A DNA stretch of 63,885 nt, counting the filler, from Malassezia furfur (lineage: Eukaryota): assembly GCA_052055015.1 (NCBI GenBank). It is 3 parts of 3 records of this genome, joined end to end, with 100 filler letters (N's around TTAATTAATTAA, not from the genome) between each part and the next. Parts side by side here need not be neighbours in the genome. Positions count along the whole stretch, not along the records: positions 1 to 22,484 come from JBQJIT010000158.1; 2 more parts are not named here. The stretch is one strand, 5' to 3'. The position numbers were made by a program, and so were the translations under genes. The notes under the pieces were generated by a model. That model was not told where the DNA came from and did no database searches. It was given only the letters and a program-made list of their open reading frames with translations. Below, piece by piece: positions 11,262 through 22,584 of the stretch; position 1 is the stretch's first letter; every line of letters starts with the position of its first letter.

Positions 11262-12604
11262 ATGAAGGGCCTGGCCAAGGTGATGAAGCGGACGCCGCAC
11301 ATTGTCACGTCCAGGGTCGGCATGTCGGCGAAGTCGACGGACGTGGAGTTTGACCATCTGAAGCGCAAGTTTGAGGCGATGGAGCGCTTGGTGCACCAGC
11401 TCGCGCGCGAGTCCAAGACGTACCTCGACGCGGCCAAGAGTAGGTTCCCCCGGACTCACCCCAGAAATGCTGTCGTCGAGCCAGCTGTACGCGCAAGAGT
11501 TTAGCGCGATCTTCCATCCGTTCGGCACGGAGTACGATCTTGAGCGGCGCCACCCCGAGGCGGTGCAGACGCTCGTCAACCTCACCGGCTACGTTGCGCA
11601 CGTCGACGAACTGCGCGAGGCGCTGCGTCCCGAGATGGAGCTGATTTCGTCGCGCATCATTGCGCCCGTGCAGGAGCTCGAGGTGATGCTGAAGAGCATT
11701 TCGAAGGCCATCACGAAGCGCGACCACAAGCTGATCGACTTCGACCGGCATAACAACTCCTACACGAAGCTCAAGGAGAAGCAGAACCGCTCGGCGAAGG
11801 ACGACCAGTCGATGTTCAAGCTCGAGCACGAGTGCGAGTCGTCCGCCGCGGACTACGAGCACCACAACAACATGCTCAAGACCGAGCTGCCCAAGTTCTT
11901 TGAGCTCGCGACGAAGCTCATCACGCCGCTCTTCTACTCGTTCTACTACATGCAGCTGAATATCTTCTACAGCTCGATGGAGCGGCTGCAGACGTACGCC
12001 CAGGGCAAGTTTGACATGTCGGAGAACAACCTGATCGCACACGAGCACAAGTACTCGCTTGCCTTGCAGAACGTTATCACCCAGCTCGAGAACTTCTCGA
12101 TCCAAAAACCCGTGCCGCCCTCGGCACGCATCCTGCAGATGGCCAAGGCGGGGCAGAAGCTGTCGACCGTCACCCCGATGACGACTCAACGGGGCTACCC
12201 AACCGGCGCCGAGTCGGGCTTCACTGCGGCGTCGTCCAAGGCCGCCGAGGCAGCGGCATCGGCCAAGGCTGCCGAGGCAGCGGCGCCGGCGACAGCGACG
12301 GCCAGCACGTCCGCGGCCGCCATGGATGCGCCGCTGGCAGCCCCCCCCGCGTACTCGGCAGCGCCCCCCGAGCCCAAGGGCGACTATGTCGTGGCGCTGT
12401 ACGACTACACCGCGACGGTATGTTGCCGCACTACTCACCCAGGCCGCTGGCGACCTCACCTTCAAGGCTGGCGACCAGATCGAGGTGGTGCAGCGCACCC
12501 CCAGCACCGAGGATTGGTGGACCGGTCGGCTGAATGGCGTGCAAGGCGTGTTCCCAGGGTACGTACGCACCGACTCACCCAGCAACTATGTACGCGAAGC
12601 CTAG
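11262..12604 (+). CDS. RVS167: Amphiphysin-like BAR plus SH3 protein (Rvs167/Hob1)
   Basis: [12 protein letters not shown] amphipathic helix, BAR motif [14 protein letters not shown]3 VALYDY...DWWTG...GVFPGNYV; introns 11440-11464, 12418-12442, 12559-12582. Confidence 0.92.
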
Positions 12605-13989
12605 ATCCCAAACAGTACGCTCTTGTAGTCTCGCAGAATCACGCCGACACTTTCCGTGCCGCTGAGCCCGACCTCGCTGGCAATCGCGCTGATGTACTTG
12701 GGTGGCGTCACGTCGTACATCAGGCGCACGGCCTTCAGCCGCGACTGCGCACTGCACTCGGCGGGCGTGAGCAGCCGACTGTCCGTCTTGCTGTCGAAAT
12801 CCTCGTGGGAGAGCAGGTCGGAGCAGTTACCTGCCTCGTTCACCACGAAACTGTCGAGCTGGATGCGGTCGCTGAACTTGTACGTCTCGCAACAGATGAT
12901 CACGGGAATATGGTAGCCGTGCGCCATCATGGCACACATCGCCGTACCGGCCCGGGCGTACGGCGCGCCGTTGGATAGCAGCGACGCCGTGCCGAGTAGC
13001 ACAAGCGAGCAGCGCGGCACGAGTGCACTGAGCGACGAGAGCAGGCCGTAGGTCGTTGGGATGCCCGCGTCCAGCAGGCGCTCCACCAGTTTTCGCCCGT
13101 CAAACAGCGGACGCGAGTCGATGACCACCACCTCGAAACGGGTGCCCTGGCGATGCGCCTGGAGCAGGGTGCCCTCGATCACCGAAGAGTAGCCGTACGT
13201 CATCACCACATCGCCGTTGTGGATCTTGCCGGCGGCGTGCGACTGGATCACCTTGGCCGCATAGATAATCCGGTCGCGGATAAAGTGCTCGATGCGTTCC
13301 AGCAGATGAGCCTTGGCCTCCTCCTCACGCAGGTTGGCGTCCACAACACTGATCTCGTATTTCAGGAACCGCACCGCGTGCCCGGTGCTCGTGTTCATCG
13401 GCCGCGACTCGACAATCAGGCCGACCTGCTGGGAAACGCGCGTGAGCAAATCGCGGTTCAGTACCGCACCGCGCGGCGTGCGGTAGTCGGCGATCACGGC
13501 GCCAAGCGCACGAAGCACCGCAATCGCGCGCTGGTTCGCACCACGCACAGCAAATGTCGACAACTCGTGGCACAGCTGCAGCACGGCAGGGTGGATGGTG
13601 GCCTTGGCGCTCGCCGTGCTCCAGTTGGATGCGTTCAGTCGTGCGCTGCGAGGAAGGGTAACATTGCCAAAGAGCGACGCGTCGCCCAGCACACCAACAT
13701 TCGACAGGTCCTCGTCGAGCGAGGGCGCCGCGCCCGCCGCAGCCGCACCCGACGACTTGGTAGGGGCGTCGCCCTGGGACTTCTTCCCTTGGGATTTGGT
13801 GCGTGCCTCGGCAGGCTTACCCGCGCCCGTCTGCGGGGGTGCGGCGGCGTCTTGCTGAGCGCGCGCAGCGGCGCGGCGCTCCCGCTTGAGCTCCTTGGCT
13901 GCCTTTTTGTCCTTGGCGGCTTGGCCCTTTTGCGCGGCGCCGTCGTCCGGCTTGCCGTCGGGCCGCGGCGCTGGATTCGAATCGGCCAT
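12601..13989 (-). CDS. GCD2: Translation initiation factor eIF2B delta subunit
   Basis: [42 protein letters not shown]. Confidence 0.93.
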   Translation of the reverse strand: MADSNPAPRPDGKPDDGAAQKGQAAKDKKAAKELKRERRAAARAQQDAAAPPQTGAGKPAEARTKSQGKKSQGDAPTKSSGAAAAGAAPSLDEDLSNVGVLGDASLFGNVTLPRSARLNASNWSTASAKATIHPAVLQLCHELSTFAVRGANQRAIAVLRALGAVIADYRTPRGAVLNRDLLTRVSQQVGLIVESRPMNTSTGHAVRFLKYEISVVDANLREEEAKAHLLERIEHFIRDRIIYAAKVIQSHAAGKIHNGDVVMTYGYSSVIEGTLLQAHRQGTRFEVVVIDSRPLFDGRKLVERLLDAGIPTTYGLLSSLSALVPRCSLVLLGTASLLSNGAPYARAGTAMCAMMAHGYHIPVIICCETYKFSDRIQLDSFVVNEAGNCSDLLSHEDFDSKTDSRLLTPAECSAQSRLKAVRLMYDVTPPKYISAIASEVGLSGTESVGVILRDYKSVLFGI

Positions 13990-14409
13990 TGTGGAGGGGA
14001 GGGAAGGCCACGCAGGCGAGACACCCAAAGGGCGGCGCGCGTCGTACCCCTCCCCGTCGACCCACGGTGTACACACAACTATTCACGTTGCGCACACGGC
14101 GCCGTGTTCCTTAGCTATAAAACTACGTTCATCGCACAAATGTTGCGCTCTGCCCACGTCCACGGCACCCGCAAAACCTATGCAGAACCCAGGCCTGTTA
14201 CAGCACTGGAACATAAGCCCACGCCCGCGGCCACCGAGCTCGGCGCCTCTGTATTACCAGATATTGCTCTGCGACCCTACCAGGAATCGATTCGGCGCTA
14301 GGGAAGCACGCTTCCAGCCGGTCGAGCAGAATTGGGTCGTGAGGAAAAAGCGCCCGACGGCGCGCCCGCACGCCAACCACACGTTCACGTGACACCTCCG
14401 CAGCGCGAC

Positions 14410-14770
14410 ATGGGAGACGCAGTCCCCGGCGCGGTCGGCGCGTCGGACGTGCCCAAGGCGGTCGTCAAAAATGTCGATATGGACGCGGACATGCAGCAGG
14501 CGATCGTCGAGATTGCCGCAGATGCTGTCGTGAAGTTTGCACTCGAAAAGGACATGGCTGCGTTTGTCAAACGCGCCGTCGACGACCAGTTTGGGCCCAC
14601 CTGGCACGTCATTGTCGGGCGGAGCTTCGGCAGCTACGTCACACACGGTACGTCGTTCAAGACTCACGCAGAATCCAAGTATTTTATCTACTTTTGTGCG
14701 TATCCAAGATGCGCGTGCGCGGCTAACCACAGACCTGGGGCCCCTTGCGTTTCTCGTATGGCGTGCCTAA
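14410..14770 (+). CDS. DYN2: Dynein light chain LC8
   Basis: KAVVKNVDM, EKDMAAFVK, GPTWHVIVGRSFGSYVTH|ESKYFIYF|YLGPLAFLVWRA after removing two short introns. Confidence 0.92.
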
Positions 14771-16271
14771 ACGAGGGTATGTGCATCGATCCACTGTGCC
14801 AATTCGCGCCAGCCGCCGCCGACGCGTACGTGAATGTGGCGCGGATCAACCGAGTGGGCCTGCTCGGGACGTTGCTGCGTAAGCACACACCACACCTCCC
14901 ACGTACCGTACGTAGCAGTCGACATGCGACGGTTTTTGACAGGAGTGTGTATCGGTGGTATTCATCGAGCGCGCTGCCGGTGTCCAGGCGCTCGACGGGG
15001 ATACTGCGGGCGTTGCAGATGCGCGCAACACCGACGTCCAGCGCGTCGCGCGCGTCGGGCACGTACGTCTTGGCCCCAGCGCGCACGGGCCGAGGCAGCT
15101 CGCTAGACGAGAAGCGCGGCCGTAGCGTCTGCATCGACGCGGGCGAGCGCAGCACTTGGTGCGATGCACGGCGCACACTTGGTGACGCATCGTCGTGCGG
15201 CCGTGGATGTGAAAGGCGCGGGAGCATCGACTCGCCCGGCCGCACCTTGCCGGCGGACAACGGCGTGGGCAGCGAGGTGGGCGGCGGCTTATAGTACATA
15301 CCGGGACTGACGGGTGAGTTGGGGCTTGATGTGGGCTGGGGTGATGATAGCGCATCCGGGAGGCCGAGTCGCGTAGGCCGCGCGCCCGCTACGTCCGCAA
15401 GGCGCCCGAAGAAGCGTGGCTCAGTCTGCACGCCGAGCGGCGTTGGCGGCACTGGAGGACGCTGCTGCGGCGTGCGCGGCAGCTTGCTGGGCGTATTGTA
15501 CGAGGAGCGGCGGCTCCCTCCCGAGTCGCGCGCGCGCCTCTTTTCGCGAGGATAGCGCGGCGTGTGCAGCGACAAGGTCTGCATCGCCGCACTCACCTCG
15601 TCGGCCGCGGGCTCGAGCCGCGGTTGCAGGGCATGCCAGCGCGCGTGGACAGCGTCGATGTGCTGGGCGACATTAGGCCGCAGAGACAAGTATGTAGCCG
15701 CGTTGGTGCGCAGCACCGCGAGCACGCGCAGGCATGCGGGAACGTAGTGAGCGCGGCGCGTCTCAAACACGTGCCGTGCATTGTCACGGTCGGTCGTCGC
15801 GCTGGTGTACTGCTGCAGCGCAGAGTCGAGCGAGTCCATAAGTCGGTGTGCCTGTGAGCACACGTCGTGCAGCACAATCAGCACGCGGTCGGTCTGGAGC
15901 TCCGCGAGGGTGGAGGAAACACGCGCATGCAACACATCCCACTCGCTTTGGACGAGCGCGCACGCCTTGTCGACACCCGGCTCGGTGTGCGCGTGTGCCT
16001 GGCTGATGCGCCCCGAGGTGAGCCCCTGCGCAGCAATCAGGCGCCCGCTAGCCTCGTCGAGCGACAAGAGCAGCGAGCTGGTGCTCGTTTTCGCGCGGTG
16101 CTCGGCGCTCGGCGCGCACTCCCACATCACCGCGTGTTCCTGCCGCATCTCTTCCACAACAAACAGGGCGTCTCGCACTGCGTCAATTGCATCGCTCGCG
16201 CCCAGCACCGCCTCCCAGCCCGCCTGGGCCTGGTCCGTGCTGGGCGCCTCGCGTGCGGCCAGCGCGGCCAT
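14767..16271 (-). CDS. Kar9-like / GAS2 (GAR) domain microtubule-binding protein
   Basis: Helical N-terminus and YVPDARDALDVGVARICN. A 32-nt intron (14875-14906) restores the GAR signature HVRVGGGWRELAQW; the stop is at 14767-14769. Confidence 0.75.
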
Positions 16272-16320
16272 CGTGACAACAAACCCTTCTCCACACGCGC
16301 CTCCACGCGGGGCCTATCGA

Positions 16321-19077
16321 CTATGACAGCCGCGACCAATCGACGGCGGGCGCACGCCAGGCGTGGTGCGCGGCGTGACCAAGGCTCGTAAGGTGCCGCA
16401 TCGTTGGGCGGCCATGAGGGCAGTTCCACGGCTGCTCAATCTCGCCCATGTGCTGCACCACGTCGCGCATCTGCCGCGCATTCAGTGCCGAGCCGACCAT
16501 AATGCTCTTGCGGCACGCCCGGCTCGCGAGCAGGTCGCGGATCTTGGAGCATCGAATACGTGTATGGCTTGGCGCCTCCCGTAGCCCATAGAGGAGTTCC
16601 TCGAGATCATGCACGTCAAACACCGTGTCCTTGGACATGGGCTTTGACCAGAGCCGCACTCGCCGCCCCGGCGCCTGCGCCTCGTCGACGTCGATCTCAA
16701 AGCCGTTTTGCTTGAGCCAGTCGGCGTGCTCTGCGGCGACGAGCTCGTCGCTCGGAGCCAGCTCCAGCACTTGTGGGCGGATCAGTCGCTGACTGTGGAT
16801 GCGCGTGTCGCGCTGCAGACGCTCGAAGTTGTACTTTTCGTCCGCCGCGTGCTGATCGATGATGAATAGGTCATCCATCATCGGCGTGCCGCGTGCGCCG
16901 CCCACATGCCGTCGTGCAATGATGAACCCGAGGTTGAACTGGCCGACGATACGCATTTGCGCAAAGTCGGTTTTGCGGATGACGCGCTCCAACGCATGGG
17001 ACGCACGGTCAGCGTCCTGCTCCTGTACACCCGCCGAGTCGAGGGCATCAGAGGCGACGGGCGCGGCGTGCACTGGGGTGCGCGACGAAGCGAGACGCGC
17101 GGCGAGGGCACCGATGTCCACACCGAGGGTATAGGTGGGGGTAGGTGGAGGCGGCACCGGCGCCGAGGCGTCGGAAGCGGCCTCTGTTTCCGCTGTGGGC
17201 GCTTCCGGAGGTGCTGGGGACGCTGAGGAGACGTGCGGACTGCCGCTGCGCGTTTCGGGTGTTTGGGTGCGACCCGTTTGCGAAGCCAGCTCGTCTTCCT
17301 CGCCCTCGCTTTCTGCGTACACCACGTCGTGCACCGGCACCTGCGTCCGTGGGCCCGTGTGCCGAGGCATGGGCGATGCCGCCTCTACATTGCTCTCAGG
17401 GTCGCTCGATTCCTCATGGACATCCTTGTGAGCATTCTCGAGTTCGTCGTCTGGGCCCTCTTCTAGCTCCTCAGACTCCTCCTCGTGCTCCTCCGGCTCT
17501 TCTTCGTGCTCCTCGTGGCCAACCAACGGCGCATCCGCCTGTACCCGCGCAAACTTTTCGACCGCACGGCGGAATTGTGCGCGAATTTCGGACGTCGGGG
17601 CCTTGGCCGGCGACGACGCCTCGTGGCGAGGCTCGCGATGCGGCGACCACGACGCCTGGCGCGTCGAGACGCTCAGAGTCGTGCGTGGAGTCTTGGCGGC
17701 CGATGCAGCCGGCGAGCCCGGCCGCTTGGATGGCGTTTGGTGGGCACGAGGGGGGCTGGGCGGCGGCGGAGACATGGGGACGTCTGCTTGGGAAGACGAG
17801 GGAGGCGCAGGCGGCGGCGAGGCGGGGTCGTTCGACGGTGGCTCTTGAGCCGCCGGGGTCGCCTCCCTCGGCGCGTGCTGCGCCTCGTCGTCTGCCGGCG
17901 ACGCTGCGCGCTCGTCGACCGGGGCGTCGCGCAGCGCCGGCGCCGGCGGGTCATCGCTCGGTGTCTCCGTTCCTGGCCCATGCACTTGGAGTACGCCGCG
18001 TGTCGGGGCAAAAAACGCGTCGAGCGCGTCCTGGGTTAGTCGTCGACGTACCCGAATGGCCTCCAGCAGTGCGGCTTCGTGGTGCACGAGGATCGTGCGC
18101 TTGTCTGGGCTGACATTCACGTCATACTGGTCGGTGGCCACCTCGAGGTTGGCGACGACACACGGGTACTGGGCAATGTTGTAGTTTTTGTACACCTGGT
18201 TGAATACTTGGGCGAGTTTGCGCGCGTCCCAAGGCCGGCGGTTCACGTAAAAGTACTGCCGGTCGCCGCTGCTGCGCCCCGCGCCGAGGGCCGGTTTGGA
18301 AACGAGCCCCATGACGCGCAGCGGTACGCCCTCAACCTCAATGTCGAGCGCGAGCGGGAGGAGCGACTCGACGGCGCGCGTACCAAACAGTGCTGCCATG
18401 TTGGCTTGCAGGTAGCGCTCGCCGTCGGCGGCGCGCAGGGCGAGCTGTGTGGTGCGTTTGCTGGGTAAGATGCCGACGTACCCGTTCGCGAGTGTCACGC
18501 TTGACGCCCAGCGCACGCCCGGCGTGATCAGCGCGTACGCCTGGAGCATGGCGTGCGCCTTGTTGTACTCGCGCTTGACGTTGCGTTCGAGCTCCTTGCG
18601 GCGCACCGGAAACTGCTGCAGCAGCTCGGTAACGGTGACTGTGGTACCACGCTGGCGTGCGACACGCTTGTCGCTCGACGTGAGCACGCCGTGCGTGTCG
18701 AATTCGAGCACGGTGCCCATCGGCACCTCGCGCTGCGTCGCGGTCAGCACCGAGACGCGCGCGACGCCGCACAGCGACGCAAGCGCCTCGCCGCGGAACC
18801 CGAGCGTGGTGACGCTCTGCAGATCTTCAAATGACGCGAGCTTCGACGTGTGGTGCTTGAGCGCGAGCGTCGCGTAGTCCGCCGGCGCGACCCCCGAGCC
18901 GTCGTCGAGCACCTCGATGCCCGCGAGGCCGTACTCGCGGAAGCGCACCTCGATGCTGCGTGCGCCGGCATCCAGCGCATTCTCGACAAGCTCCTTCACA
19001 GCGGCGCGCAGGTCGGGGACTACCTGCGCGCTCGTGATGCGCTGCACGTCCGTGCGCGCGAGCGGCGCAATACTCAT
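16321..19077 (-). CDS. PMS1: MutL-family mismatch repair endonuclease Pms1 (PMS2 ortholog)
   Basis: VKELVENALDAGA, TLGFRGEALASL, DQHAADEKYNFE, CPHGRPTMRHL; probable in-frame 21-nt introns at 18461-18481 and 18031-18051. Confidence 0.96.
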   Translation of the reverse strand: MSIAPLARTDVQRITSAQVVPDLRAAVKELVENALDAGARSIEVRFREYGLAGIEVLDDGSGVAPADYATLALKHHTSKLASFEDLQSVTTLGFRGEALASLCGVARVSVLTATQREVPMGTVLEFDTHGVLTSSDKRVARQRGTTVTVTELLQQFPVRRKELERNVKREYNKAHAMLQAYALITPGVRWASSVTLANGYVGILPSKRTTQLALRAADGERYLQANMAALFGTRAVESLLPLALDIEVEGVPLRVMGLVSKPALGAGRSSGDRQYFYVNRRPWDARKLAQVFNQVYKNYNIAQYPCVVANLEVATDQYDVNVSPDKRTILVHHEAALLEAIRVRRRLTQDALDAFFAPTRGVLQVHGPGTETPSDDPPAPALRDAPVDERAASPADDEAQHAPREATPAAQEPPSNDPASPPPAPPSSSQADVPMSPPPPSPPRAHQTPSKRPGSPAASAAKTPRTTLSVSTRQASWSPHREPRHEASSPAKAPTSEIRAQFRRAVEKFARVQADAPLVGHEEHEEEPEEHEEESEELEEGPDDELENAHKDVHEESSDPESNVEAASPMPRHTGPRTQVPVHDVVYAESEGEEDELASQTGRTQTPETRSGSPHVSSASPAPPEAPTAETEAASDASAPVPPPPTPTYTLGVDIGALAARLASSRTPVHAAPVASDALDSAGVQEQDADRASHALERVIRKTDFAQMRIVGQFNLGFIIARRHVGGARGTPMMDDLFIIDQHAADEKYNFERLQRDTRIHSQRLIRPQVLELAPSDELVAAEHADWLKQNGFEIDVDEAQAPGRRVRLWSKPMSKDTVFDVHDLEELLYGLREAPSHTRIRCSKIRDLLASRACRKSIMVGSALNARQMRDVVQHMGEIEQPWNCPHGRPTMRHLTSLGHAAHHAWRAPAVDWSRLS

Positions 19078-19129
19078 GGCGCGGCGCGGCGCGTCGTCGA
19101 GAAAGCTGACTCAGCCGCCTGCCTCCGCG

Positions 19130-20936
19130 ATGGATTCGGCGGCGCAAGGCGCCGCGGCGCAGGTGCCGCAGGAGGTGTGGGAACGCGTCCTACTCCGCCT
19201 CGACGCCCACGATATCGTGCGCATACGAAGCGTACGTGTGCTGCTCACCCCAGGCGTCGCGCACGCTCTACCATGCAGGCACCTCGCTTTCGCTCTGGCG
19301 CCGTCTGTGCGCACGGCTTGTGCAGCGGGCGCCGCTGCCGGCCATGCCGCGCGGTACGCCGGAGAGGAGCAGCGCTGCCACCGAACAGGATACCCAGGCG
19401 CTTGTGCGCGGCCTTGAATACGTTGTGCTGTTTGCCGAGCGCCTTGGGCGCCGCTGGGACACGCGCGGAGCGCAGCCCCGCAGGGTGCTGCGCATCCGTG
19501 CCCATGTCAACCGCATCTCTGCGCTGAAGCTCGTCGTCGGCGAGACGCGTGCAGCCGGTCCCTCGGTGCCGCCACGTACCGAGTACTGGCTCGTGACCGG
19601 CTCCGTGGACGGCTACGTGCGCGTATGGGACGTGAACAAGGCGATGGCCGACACCGAGCTCGATGTCACCCACGACTTTCTCGACGAACACGACGATGTG
19701 CACACCGCCCTCTCTACGGATGACGAGGACGATGACGTATCGAGTCGGCGCCGCGTGTCCACCGACGGCTCCGTGTCCGACGACCCCGCCAACGAGATCC
19801 GCCGGCACGCGCGGGCGTGCCTCGTCGCCGAGGTCGACACGGGCGGCGACGTGACCTCGCTGGATGCGCAGCTGCATCCCACAACACGCACGATGCGGAT
19901 CGCCGTTGGGTCGTACTATAGTTCGGCATCGTGCCTGCTCTACGACCTGCGGCTGCGCACGCGGCCCTATGTGCTGGATCTGTGCGCGTCGCTCGACCCG
20001 CCGCAGTGGTCGGGCACGCAGTGTGTGTCGCTGTTGAACGACACCGTCGGTACGTTGTGCGCCGCTGACCTAGCCGTCGGCACCTATCTCGGCAACATCC
20101 AGATCCTTGACGCCCGCAGCGGCCTCCGCACCATTCTCGAACGCGCAGAGCGGGGAAGCATTGCGGCGATCAAGCTGTTTCCTGCCCATGTTCTCTCCGT
20201 CACACGCACAGGGCAGCTCGAGGTGTACGCGCTGCCGCCGGCCGGCACGACGGCGCACCTGATGCCGATGGCTTCGTTGGCACTGGCGCAGCGCGCGCTG
20301 CTCAGCGTCGCGATCAGCGAGCCAGACCCGCGCGTCGCCGGTGTCATGCCGCCGCTCGAGGCCGTAAGCGACGGCGAAGCGTACCGTGCGCCGCTCTCGA
20401 TCGTCGCCGTGGACCAGGGCGGGCTGTCGCACTTTGTCATGCCGCCCACCGCGGCGCCGTTCCCGTACGCGCTGCCGACGCTTACCGCGCGCATCTCAAT
20501 GCCACAGGAGCGGCTGATCGGTGCCTCCGTGGGTGCGTCGGGGCGGCGTGCGGTACTCGTGTCGAGCTTGGGCGGCGTACTGCCGAAATGCGCCGTGCGC
20601 AGCTACTGTGTGTCGCGCGCGGACGACGAGCGGCTTGTGCCGCTGCGCCCGACGCCCGATACAGACCTGCCGGTGACGCACGGCGAGGCGCCCGAGTGGC
20701 CGCTGCGCTCACCGACGCTGGGGGCACGCCCCGTGCGCCTCGAAGAGCCACGGCGGCCGCGGATCGGGCGCGTGGACAGCTTTTCGTCGTCGACGAGCAC
20801 GAGCTCGGCGGCGCCGAGTCCATCGAGCCGCTTCGACATGCTCACTGAGGCCGTCATCGACGAGGCCCGCGGCGTGCTGTGTCTCGCGAGCGTGCGCGGC
20901 GCGGTGTGGATCAGCGATTATGGCACAAGCGTGTAG
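19130..20936 (+). CDS. F-box protein with WD40-like repeats
   Basis: F-box VPQEVWERVLLRLDAHDIVR..SRTL..SLWR across a 22-nt intron (19232-19253); WD motif LVTGSVDGYVRVWD. Confidence 0.75.
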
Positions 20937-20995
20937 ATAGCAGCAAAACGCATACCCTATGGAGCAAGGTTGGCGGCGGGCAGGCAGACGCGCGC

Positions 20996-21425
20996 CTACG
21001 CCTTGGACACCTTGGCGAGGTTGCGATGGGGCTGCGGGTCGACCGATGCGACGCGGTCAAGCAGCTTGGCGACCAGCTCGTCCGTCTTGGCGTCAAAGGC
21101 GCGCTTGATGTCGTCGAGTTGCTGCTGGGTGTTCTTGTCGAGGGTGCCCTGCTCCTTGGTCTGCGAGCCCTCAAACTTCTTCTGGAACTCGGCGATTGCC
21201 GCGTCGTTCTTCTGCTTGAGCGCGGCAATGTCCTTTTCCGCTTCGCTCTGGGCGTCCTTGAGCTTCTGCGTGCGGTCTGGGTCAGTGCGTCGGGCAGACG
21301 TACAGGCGCGCGCCTTCTCCACGATCTTGGACGCCTCCTTCTCCGCCTCCAGAAGCGTCTGGATTCCCTGCGACTTCTGAGCGACCTGCGAGGTCAGCGT
21401 GCGCCGTGCGCCGCCCACGTACCAT
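20996..21425 (-). CDS. VMA10: V-ATPase subunit G
   Basis: ATG-only first exon, then VAQKSQGIQTLLEAEKEASKIVEKARA|RTQKLKDA...PQPHRN; two introns. Confidence 0.92.
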
Positions 21426-21506
21426 GCTTGTCCAGAGCAACCCCGGCGGGGGACCGCGGCCCGGCGCTTAGTCAGCCACCGTCGCTCGCTTTTTGCTCTC
21501 GGCGCC

Positions 21507-22484
21507 ATGGACCCGATCCCCGCGCTGTGTACGGCGCTCGCGCAGGCGACGGGCGGCGTGTACCATGTTGACCTAAAAGCGCCAGATGGCGTGCCGAAGC
21601 TCGCGGAAGTAGTGGACCTTGTCTTTAGCAAGCGGATCGTGTCTGCCGAGGTGCGCGACGGACGTACGTACATCTACGGAGGGCCGGAGGAGCTGACCTG
21701 TTAGTTGCGGTGCACGCGCCCGCCGCGCTCATGCTGCTGCTTTCGGAGCCGAGTGGGCGGTATGCCAAGCTTGCGTGCGAGTGCTTTGCAAGCGTGTACC
21801 CCCGCGTGTTCCATGCCGTGTACGTGGCCGGCTGTGCGACTGACCGCCAGGGTGCAGGACCGAAACCAGCCGCTGTGGCAGCTCACCACCGCGCTCAAGC
21901 AGCGCATCGAGGAGCTGCTTGAGACCGGCAAGCAGGGCGCGCGCATCGGTGCCATCAAGGCCGTGCAGCGCATCATTCTCGTACAGACGCGCGCGAGCAG
22001 CGACCCGAGGGTAGGTGTCGTTATGTACTCACGCCGCAGCTACAGAACCGCGAGATCAACCTCGCGAGTGTCCCTGCGACGCACCCCTTCCTCCGCACTG
22101 CCGAGCTCGAGGCAGAGGCGAACCAGCTCTTCACCAAGCTCATCACGCTGCTCTTCACCGCCAGTGTCCCCAACGTGGTGATGGCGGTGGTGAGTGTGCT
22201 GACGCGCCTGGCGCGCGCGCGCCTGGCGCTCGGCAAGGTGGTGATCGAGGCGTATGCGAGCTGGACGCCCGCGGCGCTCACGACCGCCGCGCACGTCAAT
22301 GTGCGCAGTGTAGAAAACTCGGTCCGGTTGGCCATGATTCATTTCTTGCACCACGGATCCACAGAACCGCACGCGTCGCAGCTGAAGCAGGCGCTCGAGG
22401 CGCAGCGCCGGCGCATGGATGCGGCGCAGCGTGCGTTCCAGGGTGCCTCGCGCGACGCAGCGCGCAAGCGCGAGGCGCAGCGTG
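21507..22484 (+). CDS. PTA1: Symplekin/Pta1 N-terminal part, cut by the assembly gap
   Basis: CFASVYPRVF, GARIGAIKAVQRIILVQTR..SDPR, LASVPATHPFL..LEAEA, VRSVENSVR; several short introns. Confidence 0.75.
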
Positions 22485-22584
22485 NNNNNNNNNNNNNNNN
22501 NNNNNNNNNNNNNNNNNNNNNNNNNNNNTTAATTAATTAANNNNNNNNNNNNNNNNNNNNNNNNNNNNNNNNNNNNNNNNNNNN
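22485..22584. other. Artificial 100-bp contig spacer (44 N + TTAATTAATTAA + 44 N)
   Basis: A six-frame stop linker flanked by Ns; the genes on either side are truncated and unrelated. Confidence 0.97.

Noticed and set aside
22485..22584. TTAATTAATTAA palindrome within Ns (also at 44894-44993) as a biological element, e.g. a piggyBac TTAA target
   Set aside because: Both copies are identical 100-bp six-frame-stop linkers added during assembly. Gene adjacency across them is not reliable.
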